Notes: generated by a model from the letters alone, not told the origin. Numbered from the stretch's first letter, positions 9,277 to 16,478 are shown. The stretch: 20,000 nucleotides of DNA from an uncultured virus (IMG/VR IMGVR_UViG_3300009085_000026) (IMGVR_UViG_3300009085_000026); one strand, 5' to 3'. A program made the numbers and translations.

Positions 9277-9337
9277 CCCGATAATTTTCCGCTCTAGAGC
9301 CCGGGAATTTCGGGCTCAGGGCCCGGGAATATTCCGC
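9277..9337. repeat. Three imperfect 16-nt GC-rich direct repeats; the middle copy forms a hairpin
   Basis: cccgataattttccgc (9277), cccgggaatttcgggc (9300), cccgggaatattccgc (9322); inverted repeat gagcccg/cgggctc at 9297-9317. Confidence 0.65.
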
Positions 9338-9386
9338 CTATAATTAACATAACAAGGAACATATACAATACTATTAAGAGACAGGA

Positions 9387-9638
9387 TCAGAATGGATCCC
9401 ACTCCCTTTTAGAAAATTTACCCTTAAATATTAGCCCGAATATTATTTTTAGAGTTTTGCTTTTATCAGTTTCTTCATAGTTTTTCATTCGGGAGAAATT
9501 GTTAAAAAATACTTGACCAAAAGAATCAAAAACAATTCCCCTATATGGAAATGTTTCACTTTTTCTCTGTATGATATTATATATAAAGCCATTACCATCT
9601 GGATGGACAAAGGCCATCCCCTTTTTTAATTCTGCCAT
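9387..9638 (-). CDS. Hypothetical protein
   Basis: 83-aa ORF in a tightly packed minus-strand run, overlapping the upstream gene. Confidence 0.65.
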   Translation of the reverse strand: MAELKKGMAFVHPDGNGFIYNIIQRKSETFPYRGIVFDSFGQVFFNNFSRMKNYEETDKSKTLKIIFGLIFKGKFSKREWDPF

Positions 9639-9877
9639 ATCTTTAATATATTGTTTACTCTTTTTTCCATATCTTCGGGAATCTTTATTCTTTCGGCGTA
9701 CTTCATCTTAGAAGCCATAGCAGATTTACTAGCAACCTCAAACTTATATCCATATTTAGAATTATCAGTCATTATAACTACTACACTATCAAACGGCTTT
9801 AGAAAGCCTGAATCTACCTCTCTCAGAGCAACTATATAGCAATCAGTCTTTTCAACTACTGCTCTTATTCCTTCCAT
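9626..9877 (-). CDS. Hypothetical protein
   Basis: 83-aa ORF with AAGGAG RBS immediately after the tRNA. Confidence 0.7.
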   Translation of the reverse strand: MEGIRAVVEKTDCYIVALREVDSGFLKPFDSVVVIMTDNSKYGYKFEVASKSAMASKMKYAERIKIPEDMEKRVNNILKIWQN

Positions 9878-9889
9878 TGTTTTCTCCTT

Positions 9890-9961
9890 AGCGACCAGCG
9901 GGAATTGAACCCGCCTTTCGACCTTGGGAAGGTCACGTGCTGCCCGCTCTACTATGGTCGC
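9890..9961 (-). tRNA. tRNA-Gly (CCC)
   Basis: GCGACCA/UGGUCGC acceptor stem, anticodon arm UGACC-UUCCCAA-GGUCG, T arm GCGGG-UUCAAUU-CCCGC, U discriminator; weak D stem; no encoded CCA. Confidence 0.9.
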
Positions 9962-9964
9962 AAT

Positions 9965-10186
9965 TTAATATTTTCCTTCTTTGAAATCTAACCTACATCC
10001 TTCAAAGTTTTTTGCTCTTTTAAATAAAGTTTCTATAAGCTCTGTATCAGTTATTTTTCTTAGATCATGAGGAGGCTGCTCAAAATAGCTATGCTCTGGC
10101 TGCTCTCCTCGATCTTTCCATATTTCTAATTGAAACACTTTATCTGCACCAGACATGATTATTCTTGAGTAAACCCATACGAGCAT
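9965..10186 (-). CDS. Hypothetical protein
   Basis: 73-aa ORF filling the gap between the glycosylase gene and the tRNA. Confidence 0.6.
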   Translation of the reverse strand: MLVWVYSRIIMSGADKVFQLEIWKDRGEQPEHSYFEQPPHDLRKITDTELIETLFKRAKNFEGCRLDFKEGKY

Positions 10187-10190
10187 GTAA

Positions 10191-10610
10191 TTATCTTGGC
10201 CAAAGATATTCTAAGTTGTCTGGTGTATCCGGGAACTTAGTCTTGTAAAACTCTTTATTCTTTTGAATAAGCCTAGAGCGATGAGTTATGCAAAGGGATT
10301 CATTTAGCCAATTAGGAGCAATAGGATTACCTAACATATTGCAAAACTTAATATAATGTTGCCCACATTTAGTGTTATCAAAGCCACGCCTAATCCATTC
10401 GTCCATAATTTCTTTTAGATAAACCTTACAAAGGAAAGCTTCATAACCTCGCCACATCTTAACGGCAGGATGGTTACCCCAACCTTTTTTGCCCTCTATC
10501 AATAGAGCATTCAATATCTGAACGCACTCAACGCGTTGTTTGCCTAAGCGCTTATTGTCTAATACTTGGGCACACTTTTTTGGATCAGTGTAGGGTAAAA
10601 ATGTTTGCAT
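10191..10610 (-). CDS. Pyrimidine-dimer DNA glycosylase / endonuclease V-like protein (MSMEG_6728-type)
   Basis: MQTFLPY...LDNKRLGKQRVE...NHPAVKMWRGYE...HRSRL..K...Y.WP family signature. Confidence 0.85.
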   Translation of the reverse strand: MQTFLPYTDPKKCAQVLDNKRLGKQRVECVQILNALLIEGKKGWGNHPAVKMWRGYEAFLCKVYLKEIMDEWIRRGFDNTKCGQHYIKFCNMLGNPIAPNWLNESLCITHRSRLIQKNKEFYKTKFPDTPDNLEYLWPR

Positions 10611-10616
10611 CAATAT

Positions 10617-10651
10617 AATCTTAAACTAAGAACGAATCTTAAATGAGAACG
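10617..10651. repeat. Imperfect tandem duplication (18+17 nt) in an intergenic gap
   Basis: aatcttaaactaagaacg followed directly by aatcttaaatgagaacg. Confidence 0.6.
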
Positions 10652-10654
10652 AGA

Positions 10655-11005
10655 TCATCTTGTTACATAGACGTGAAGTGTTTTATGTTTATCCTTAGCT
10701 ATATTTATAGTATGTTGAGTACCATGTGATTTACCATCCCAGAAAGCAAAGACAATATCGGCCTCTCTTACTATATCTATGTTTCGCATATATCCGGCTT
10801 TCTTGCCGTAAGTATCCCACTGGGGAATGAATATCTTCTTTTTTATGTCATACTCTTGAGCAAACTTTTCTGCTAGTGTATCTGCTCCTATTGCTCCGCC
10901 AGAGACTACAAGGGAGATATCTTCTATATTAATATGTTGTAATATGAACTTCTTGAGATTGTCATAATCGTTAAATCCACGAGAACCAACTATTGCTATC
11001 TTCAT
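10655..11005 (-). CDS. SLOG family protein (DUF2493/YspA-like)
   Basis: MKIAIVGSR, VSGGAIGAD, AGYMRN and AFWDGKSHGT motifs. Confidence 0.85.
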   Translation of the reverse strand: MKIAIVGSRGFNDYDNLKKFILQHINIEDISLVVSGGAIGADTLAEKFAQEYDIKKKIFIPQWDTYGKKAGYMRNIDIVREADIVFAFWDGKSHGTQHTINIAKDKHKTLHVYVTR

Positions 11006-11031
11006 AAGCCTAAATATGCTAAGATAATAAT

Positions 11032-11325
11032 ATGAGCAAGTTTCAAATGCCGGATGGCAATGTTCTCTTTGGTCAATTTCTCGTAGAGAGAAAGAAATTA
11101 AAGAAAGAAGTGTTAGATATAGCTCTGGATAGACAGAAAAAAGAAGATAGCGATACTCTCAGAAGAAGTCATAGGCTTTTAGGACAAATCCTCACAGATG
11201 ATTTCCATGTATTTAGAAACAGAGTAGAGCTTCAACATTATCTAAATGACTTTAACGAATATAAGAAAGAAGTAGAGACTATATTATCTGATGCGAGAAT
11301 ATATGGCAAAAAAGACGATAAGTAA
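11032..11325 (+). CDS. Small MshEN (T2SSE_N)-like protein, possible c-di-GMP binder
   Basis: LFGQFLVERKKLKKEVLDIALDRQ...RLLGQIL resembles the tandem RLGxxLVxxGxxxxxxLxxxLxxQ motif. Confidence 0.65.
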   Translation: MSKFQMPDGNVLFGQFLVERKKLKKEVLDIALDRQKKEDSDTLRRSHRLLGQILTDDFHVFRNRVELQHYLNDFNEYKKEVETILSDARIYGKKDDK

Positions 11326-11560
11326 AAAACTTTTTATAAAAGAAATTTTTGAGAATTTTGGCTATATAATTATAGACCCAGCAGAGCCAGATTTGCTAGT
11401 AAATTATGTGAAAGAAAATTTTATAAGAATGGAATTTTACAAACACTCAGGAATGTTTGATGAATACAAATTTACTGGTACTTATAGCATGTTGAAGAAA
11501 ATGCTTAAAGAAAATTGGCCAGAAGATTATAGAATAAAAGATTATTTTGTAAAGCTATAA
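11303..11560 (+). CDS. Hypothetical protein
   Basis: ORF overlapping the previous gene; likely start MAKK at 11303 (11291 possible). Confidence 0.65.
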   Translation: MAKKTISKKLFIKEIFENFGYIIIDPAEPDLLVNYVKENFIRMEFYKHSGMFDEYKFTGTYSMLKKMLKENWPEDYRIKDYFVKL

Positions 11561-11594
11561 AAACAAAAGAGGGAGCTTGTTAGGCTTCCTCTTA
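11560..11594. terminator. Terminator between convergent genes (strongest for the minus-strand Ro60 gene)
   Basis: aagagggagc/gcttcctctt stem; the minus strand continues with UUGUUUUU. Confidence 0.7.
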
Positions 11595-11603
11595 TTGCGT
11601 GTA

Positions 11604-13223
11604 CTAGATCTCTCCCTTAGCGATAAGGTTAATCAACTTAGGAGTCTCGCCAGTGAAGCCAGCGATATCGTAAGACTGATTGTCCTTCGGGTCGGCAAGA
11701 GTGATGTTGTCCCCATAAGGTATGAGGGTAACATAGATTGCCTTTGCCTTCGGATTCAGCTTGCTCTTGTAAGCAGTGAATCCCTGAGCAGGATGCCTAT
11801 AACCAGCCCAGCTTTCACTATCGGTAAAGAAGACGAATACGTCAGTCTTTACATTGTGCTTGATAGCGTACTTATAGGCCTGGTCAGCATCAGTTCCACC
11901 AAAGTCTCCATCGTAGAAATTCATCGCCTGCTTGTAGGTCATCTTCCTGCTGAAGTTGCTCAGAGGAGTGAAGCTGGTGTTGAATCCACCAACGAAGTAG
12001 TTCTTCTCTGACCTTACTGAAGCGAGAGACATTACTCCCTCAACTTCAATAGGAGTCATGTTGAGCTTTCCTACTCCACCACCAGTCATTGATCCTGAGA
12101 TATCAAGAGCAAAGAAGAAGTCCTTGCCAGTTGGCTCAAGAGCATCGAAGCACTTCTCGATTCCATCTTCCATAGCATCGACTACCCTTGGAAGAGGAGT
12201 CCATCGCAGCTTGCTCTTTCCGCCCTCTCCACCAGCCATGTAGGCCTTCATTGCTGAAGCGAATACAACTGGGTGGATATAGGCCTTGGATAGGTTCTCT
12301 CGGTTAAACCTTTCCTCGAGCATCTCGATGTTAGCCTTCTTCTTGAAGACCTCCTTGTCAGTCAGGTTTCCAAGGTTACGAATAGTGGCACCTACTGGCA
12401 TCTGCTTGAACAGAGCCTCCCAGATCTTGTTGGTCATGGTGAGGTTGCCAGGCATCATCTCCCAGGTCATCCTGAACTTCTTGATGGCGTCGATAACGTC
12501 ATCCTCGGTTGCACCCTTCTTGAGCTTCTCATAGGCGTTAATCCTCTCGAGCTCAATTGGGAATGCCTCGAGCAGAGGGTTCTTCTTAGTTCCACCAACT
12601 GCCCAGTTATAGACAGCCTTCTTGATGTTGTCAGTCGGAACTGGCTTTACCATTCGAAGAATGTCCTTGGCGCTCCAATCATATCGGCTCTGGTACTTCA
12701 GGAACTGGTACTCAAGCTCCTTTGCATCCTTACCGTCAAGCCAAGCATTGACAGTCTTATGGATTAGAGAGCCGAATCCTCGGTTGTCCCTGCAGTAGTT
12801 GAAGAACTCATAAAGCTGGCTACCATTCCTGATAACCATCGGGAAGATTTCCCTGAACGCATTCTTGGCAGGTCCCTCTCCAGTTGAAAGAAGAGTTAGT
12901 GCGAAGATTGGAGTGTGAACAGAGATACCCTTTTTAGAAGCGTCAAGGATTTCCTGCCCAACCCTAATTGGGTCTTCCTTCATGAGCTTATCAAGGACCT
13001 TTGAGTTGTCTTTGGTCATCTGCTCCTTGTTCTGATAGAAAGCATTTGACATGCTTCCTACAAGTAGCCATCGCCTGAGAGCCTGCCAAGGATCTACCTT
13101 GAAGCCCTTTGCTCCAGCAAGATTATCGGTCATCTCGAGCTCTCGCCCGGGAATAACCATCCTCTGTGGAGTAGCGATCTTCCTCTTCCTAGTACCTGCG
13201 TGTGCGTACGGTGACTTTGCCAT
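11604..13223 (-). CDS. rsr: Ro60/TROVE domain RNA-binding protein (Rsr-like) with C-terminal vWA domain
   Basis: N.AG..GF, LRRWLLVGS..FY, LKYQSRYDWSAKDILR, MTWEM, MP.GATIRNLG, ALDISGSM, GGTD, FVFFTDSESW and IAGF are characteristic Ro60 motifs; 539 aa; AAGGAGG RBS. Confidence 0.95.
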   Translation of the reverse strand: MAKSPYAHAGTRKRKIATPQRMVIPGRELEMTDNLAGAKGFKVDPWQALRRWLLVGSMSNAFYQNKEQMTKDNSKVLDKLMKEDPIRVGQEILDASKKGISVHTPIFALTLLSTGEGPAKNAFREIFPMVIRNGSQLYEFFNYCRDNRGFGSLIHKTVNAWLDGKDAKELEYQFLKYQSRYDWSAKDILRMVKPVPTDNIKKAVYNWAVGGTKKNPLLEAFPIELERINAYEKLKKGATEDDVIDAIKKFRMTWEMMPGNLTMTNKIWEALFKQMPVGATIRNLGNLTDKEVFKKKANIEMLEERFNRENLSKAYIHPVVFASAMKAYMAGGEGGKSKLRWTPLPRVVDAMEDGIEKCFDALEPTGKDFFFALDISGSMTGGGVGKLNMTPIEVEGVMSLASVRSEKNYFVGGFNTSFTPLSNFSRKMTYKQAMNFYDGDFGGTDADQAYKYAIKHNVKTDVFVFFTDSESWAGYRHPAQGFTAYKSKLNPKAKAIYVTLIPYGDNITLADPKDNQSYDIAGFTGETPKLINLIAKGEI

Positions 13224-13237
13224 TGTGGCCTCCTTCA

Positions 13238-13253
13238 GTCTGACGAATCAGAC
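13238..13253 (-). promoter_or_regulatory. UUCG-capped hairpin directly upstream of the Ro60 RBS
   Basis: GUCUGA-UUCG-UCAGAC followed by UGAAGGAGGCCACAAUG. Confidence 0.55.
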
Positions 13254-13339
13254 AAACTTATATTTTACCCAGAAGGGTATAAAAACAAAATATACCTTAT
13301 AAGAGATAGATTGGAAAGCTCAGATGAGAAATAAAAATA

Positions 13340-13424
13340 GAGCAAGTTATCGGTTGATGTAGTTCAGAGCCGGGATCAACCGGCTCATGATCGGTTTAGG
13401 CGATAAACACCAACCATTCAGCTC
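13340..13424 (-). ncRNA. Y-RNA-like element 1 (in the Ro60 leader)
   Basis: GAGC[U]GA/UUGCUC bulged terminal stem, inner stem GGUUGGUGU/ACAUCAACC, UUAUCG motif, T-arm-like hairpin GAGCCGG-UUGAUC-CCGGCUC; adjacent to the Ro60 gene. Confidence 0.75.
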
Positions 13425-13450
13425 CAATCTATTTGATTTTATATATGCGA

Positions 13451-14242
13451 CTATGGAGCTGGTGGTTTAACTATTGTCCAAACTCCACCAGACAATATAG
13501 CGTACATAGTATTTGGAGGTATGGGACTCATTACTACAGAAGAAGCATATAGATCTCTATAAGTTTCCCAGTTTTCATAAACTATGTCTTCATTTGGTAA
13601 TCCCGGTAAGTCTAAATTTCCATAACTCGTTATGGTGACCTTAAGGTTTCCCATATCTAAAGAGCAAGTATAATCGGCTCTAATATAATGGTGAGACCAC
13701 TCAGTGCCTACTACATTCTTTTCAAAAGTATAAACTGTACCAGATCCAGTAAAGTAAGTACCAGAAATTTTAGCTCCAGACATATCGGAATGTACAAGAG
13801 TATAATTATCTAAGCCAGATCCACCAAAGTTAGTAATTACTACTAAGGAAGTTTGAGTATAAGAAAATATTTTAGTTGCTTGATTTAATATAATCTGATA
13901 ATATACTTCGCTATTTGTTCCGGTAAAAACAATATCTCCACCTTTTCTAGAAATAGTAGTAACTACGTTTTCACCAAGAAATGGTGAGCTAAATGAATCT
14001 CCTACGCTATAACTACCAGAAGTCCATCCATTAACCATTGGAATTACAGAAGCAGCTTGGGCTTCTTCTTTTTTATTCGGAAGCGTCCCATCAACATGAG
14101 CAGCTCCTGTGGTTCTAGAGCCAGTAGTTCCCCAGCCCGTCCAAATAACTGGAGCTAAATTTATATTAGATGGATTACATCCTTCACAGCTGAACATAGA
14201 TAAAGCAAAAAGCATTAAAAGAAAAACTTTTAATATCTTCAT
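13451..14242 (-). CDS. Predicted lipoprotein of unknown function
   Basis: MKILKVFLLMLFALSMFS-C signal peptide II / lipobox; Ser/Thr/Gly-rich mature part that looks beta-rich; AGGAG RBS. Confidence 0.75.
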   Translation of the reverse strand: MKILKVFLLMLFALSMFSCEGCNPSNINLAPVIWTGWGTTGSRTTGAAHVDGTLPNKKEEAQAASVIPMVNGWTSGSYSVGDSFSSPFLGENVVTTISRKGGDIVFTGTNSEVYYQIILNQATKIFSYTQTSLVVITNFGGSGLDNYTLVHSDMSGAKISGTYFTGSGTVYTFEKNVVGTEWSHHYIRADYTCSLDMGNLKVTITSYGNLDLPGLPNEDIVYENWETYRDLYASSVVMSPIPPNTMYAILSGGVWTIVKPPAP

Positions 14243-14251
14243 TTTATTCTC

Positions 14252-15013
14252 CTATATGGAAGGAAAGACGTTTTTTATCTTTCTACCTGTTTTGTTTAAC
14301 TTAGCTTGATCTAAATAAATCTTTGAAATTGGTCTACCAACTTCTTTTTCAAAAGATGAATATGGAATGCAGCCAAAAGCACAATGCTTACAAACTTTAT
14401 TCATCTTATCTATAGGGAAATCTTTTGGACTATTTGGTAAATAATCTAATATCAAATCTTCCTCACCAAATAATCTTATATACCCATCAGCAGAGCAACA
14501 TAAACTATATCCTTGATAAGTAAGAACTAATCTATTTTTATTTACATAGTTACAGCTATGAAACGTTGCTCCACTAACCCCTATGTCTTCGGGATGTAAG
14601 AGAACAGCCAAGTGAACATTCTCTTTTTCTTTCACAGTCAAATAATTAGTTACATACTCTTCAATCTCTTTTGGTGCTTCTTTTATACGATTGGAATTTA
14701 TTATAAGCCTTCCAGCCATCTTACTATCAATCAATCTGGCTTTTATTAATTTTGTTATCTCTACTATATTGGGATGTAAAAGTGGCTCGCCCCCAGAGAT
14801 TTGAATGAATTCGAATACTCTTCTATTTTCTTTTTTATACAACTCTTCAACTTGTTTTACGAAATTTTCTATTTGACCCATTGTCATATCTGAATCATCA
14901 TAGTTTAGACCAGTCTCATTTTCCATATTGCAAAAACGAAGACAGTTTTTACACTTCCAATTGCAACGTAGAGTAATAGCAAGATCTATAGTATAATATA
15001 TTGCCGAATTCAT
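14252..15013 (-). CDS. Radical SAM protein
   Basis: CNWKCKNC (CxxxCxxC), SGGEPLLHP, extra C-terminal cysteines (CC...CKHC..GC). Confidence 0.9.
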   Translation of the reverse strand: MNSAIYYTIDLAITLRCNWKCKNCLRFCNMENETGLNYDDSDMTMGQIENFVKQVEELYKKENRRVFEFIQISGGEPLLHPNIVEITKLIKARLIDSKMAGRLIINSNRIKEAPKEIEEYVTNYLTVKEKENVHLAVLLHPEDIGVSGATFHSCNYVNKNRLVLTYQGYSLCCSADGYIRLFGEEDLILDYLPNSPKDFPIDKMNKVCKHCAFGCIPYSSFEKEVGRPISKIYLDQAKLNKTGRKIKNVFPSI

Positions 15014-15792
15014 ATAGATGGAAATATCTTGTTAATTTTTCTTCCAGCTTTGTTCAATTCGGCCTGCTCTTGATATATTTTAGATACCGGGCAACCAACT
15101 TCACTTTCTAATTTTACGTTCTTGCATCCAAATACACAGTGTTGACAAATCTTATCAATCCTATCTAAAAGAAAATTAGGATCGCTAGGCAAAGTATCTA
15201 CTATTAAATCTTCCTCACAGAATAATCTAATGTATCCATCAGAATCACAGCATCTTGTATATCCATGCTTATTCAAAACTACTTTTGTTTTGTTTGGCGG
15301 ATAATTACAGCAAGTTTTAAAAGTAGGTCTTGCTTCTCCAACATCGTCAGGATGAATAAGAACAGCTCTATGAATTTTTGACTTATCTTCAATAGTAGTA
15401 TAGTTAAGAATATATTGCTTTAAAGCTTGTGGAGCTTCAATTAATAAATTGGAATTTATTTTTAAGTTTCGAACCATTCCAGTATTTATTAATTCTTTTT
15501 GTAAAAGTTGAGCTATCCCAATAATATCTGGATGTAAAAGCGGTTCTCCACCACTCAAAATGATCGCTTCAAATACTACTTGTTTCTTTTCTAGCCAAAT
15601 ATTTTTAACTTGTTCTATGAAGTTTCTTATTTGCCCAATAGTCATATTTAGATCATCGTAATCTAATCCAGTTATTCTGCTCATGTTACAGAATCTACAA
15701 CAATTTTTACAAGCCCAATTACACTTGAGAGTAAGCTCTATATCTATTATAGTAAAAATTGGTGCACCTGCAGGCCAATATATTAGGTTCAT
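15010..15792 (-). CDS. Radical SAM protein (paralog of the downstream gene)
   Basis: CNWACKNC, SGGEPLLHP, CC...CQHC..GC; ATG 15792 after AAGGA; both paralogs end in FPSI. Confidence 0.9.
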   Translation of the reverse strand: MNLIYWPAGAPIFTIIDIELTLKCNWACKNCCRFCNMSRITGLDYDDLNMTIGQIRNFIEQVKNIWLEKKQVVFEAIILSGGEPLLHPDIIGIAQLLQKELINTGMVRNLKINSNLLIEAPQALKQYILNYTTIEDKSKIHRAVLIHPDDVGEARPTFKTCCNYPPNKTKVVLNKHGYTRCCDSDGYIRLFCEEDLIVDTLPSDPNFLLDRIDKICQHCVFGCKNVKLESEVGCPVSKIYQEQAELNKAGRKINKIFPSI

Positions 15793-15811
15793 CAAGTCCT
15801 TTCAAAAAATA

Positions 15812-15929
15812 AAGAGCAAGGTGCTGAAAAAGCTTTGTTACTGTATTACTACAGTTTGCAGGGTTTGAACCTGCTAGTTTCATTTTTTAAAATAAAATTT
15901 TATCCGGTAAGCTCTTCCAATCAGCTCTT
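15812..15929 (-). ncRNA. Y-RNA-like element 2 with tRNA-like T arm
   Basis: AAGAGC[U]GA/UUGCUCUU stem, GGAAGAGCUU/AAGCUUUUUC stem, UUACCG, T arm GCAGG-UUCAAAC-CCUGC followed by the ACUGUA-GUAA-UACAGU hairpin. Confidence 0.78.
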
Positions 15930-15936
15930 AATTTTT

Positions 15937-16037
15937 TAAAGCAGAAGCAAGGATTTGGGAAACGGATACGTGTTTAATGAGCCGCCGCTCGTTGCATCCA
16001 TATTGCGGTAACCGCTTCCACTTCAGTCTCTGCTTTA
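15937..16037 (-). ncRNA. Y-RNA-like element 3
   Basis: UAAAGCAGAGAC[U]GA/UUGCUUCUGCUUUA stem (one mismatch), GGAAGCGG/CCGUUUCC stem, UUACCG. Confidence 0.7.
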
Positions 16038-16073
16038 GAAAACCCTCTCTGGAGAACATAGTCTCCAGAGAGG
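16037..16073 (-). terminator. Perfect 12-bp hairpin, probable terminator or processing site
   Basis: CCUCUCUGGAGA-CUAUGU-UCUCCAGAGAGG followed by GUUUUCU. Confidence 0.6.
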
Positions 16074-16083
16074 CAATGAAAAA

Positions 16084-16399
16084 TTGAAACTTAAAGAGCC
16101 AGTAAAAGTCAAAGCGTCATCAACTAAGAGTAGAGAAGAAGCTTACTAAATTAACTCTTAATTCGGGATCGCTCATTCCCGTTGCTCTTTACAGAGCATA
16201 CCATATAATATTTAGTTCGTCTGCCGTTTGTTCTTTCGCCTAATCTATAATTATTAACATCAAAAACATCCATATCTAATTTAAATATATTTTCTAAAAT
16301 GACCATCCAGCGTTTCTCCCTTTCGGTGAGTGCCAACCAGATGGAAATAGCGGCTACTTACGAACAGCAGATATAGACTAACCAACTCTCAAGTTTCAA
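16084..16399 (-). ncRNA. Unidentified ~316-nt multi-branched structured RNA
   Basis: The ends pair over ~19 bp (UUGAAACUUGAGAGUUGGU / ACUGGCUCUUUAAGUUUCAA); nested stems and GNRA-capped hairpins inside; G-U pairs fit the minus strand. Confidence 0.65.
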
Positions 16400-16407
16400 A
16401 GATCGAA

Positions 16408-16465
16408 GGGTAGATGGACTACCCGGGTGAATCCTACTACAGCGTGTGTCACTGTTTCAGATTCA
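16408..16465 (-). ncRNA. Structured element with loop-E/sarcin-ricin-like internal loop plus a second hairpin
   Basis: UGAAUCU-GAA-ACAGUG-ACACA-CGCUGU-AGUA-GGAUUCA, then GGGUAG-UCCAU-CUACCC. Confidence 0.5.
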
Positions 16466-16478
16466 AAAGAAAAGTATG

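Noticed and set aside
13238..13253. Hammerhead ribozyme (CUGACGA on the plus strand)
   Set aside because: The motif is part of a simple 6-bp hairpin; no GAAA core or three-way junction could be built around it.
11577..13302. Plus-strand ORFs antisense to Ro60
   Set aside because: Fully overlap a confident gene and have no motifs of their own.
16084..16399. RNase P RNA, tmRNA, SRP RNA or self-splicing intron identity for the large structured RNA
   Set aside because: Size and closing helix recall RNase P RNA, but there is no GAGGAAAGUC / AACAGAA P4 signature. There is also no tRNA-Ala-like end, no SRP helix-8 CAGG/AGCA loop and no recognisable intron core.
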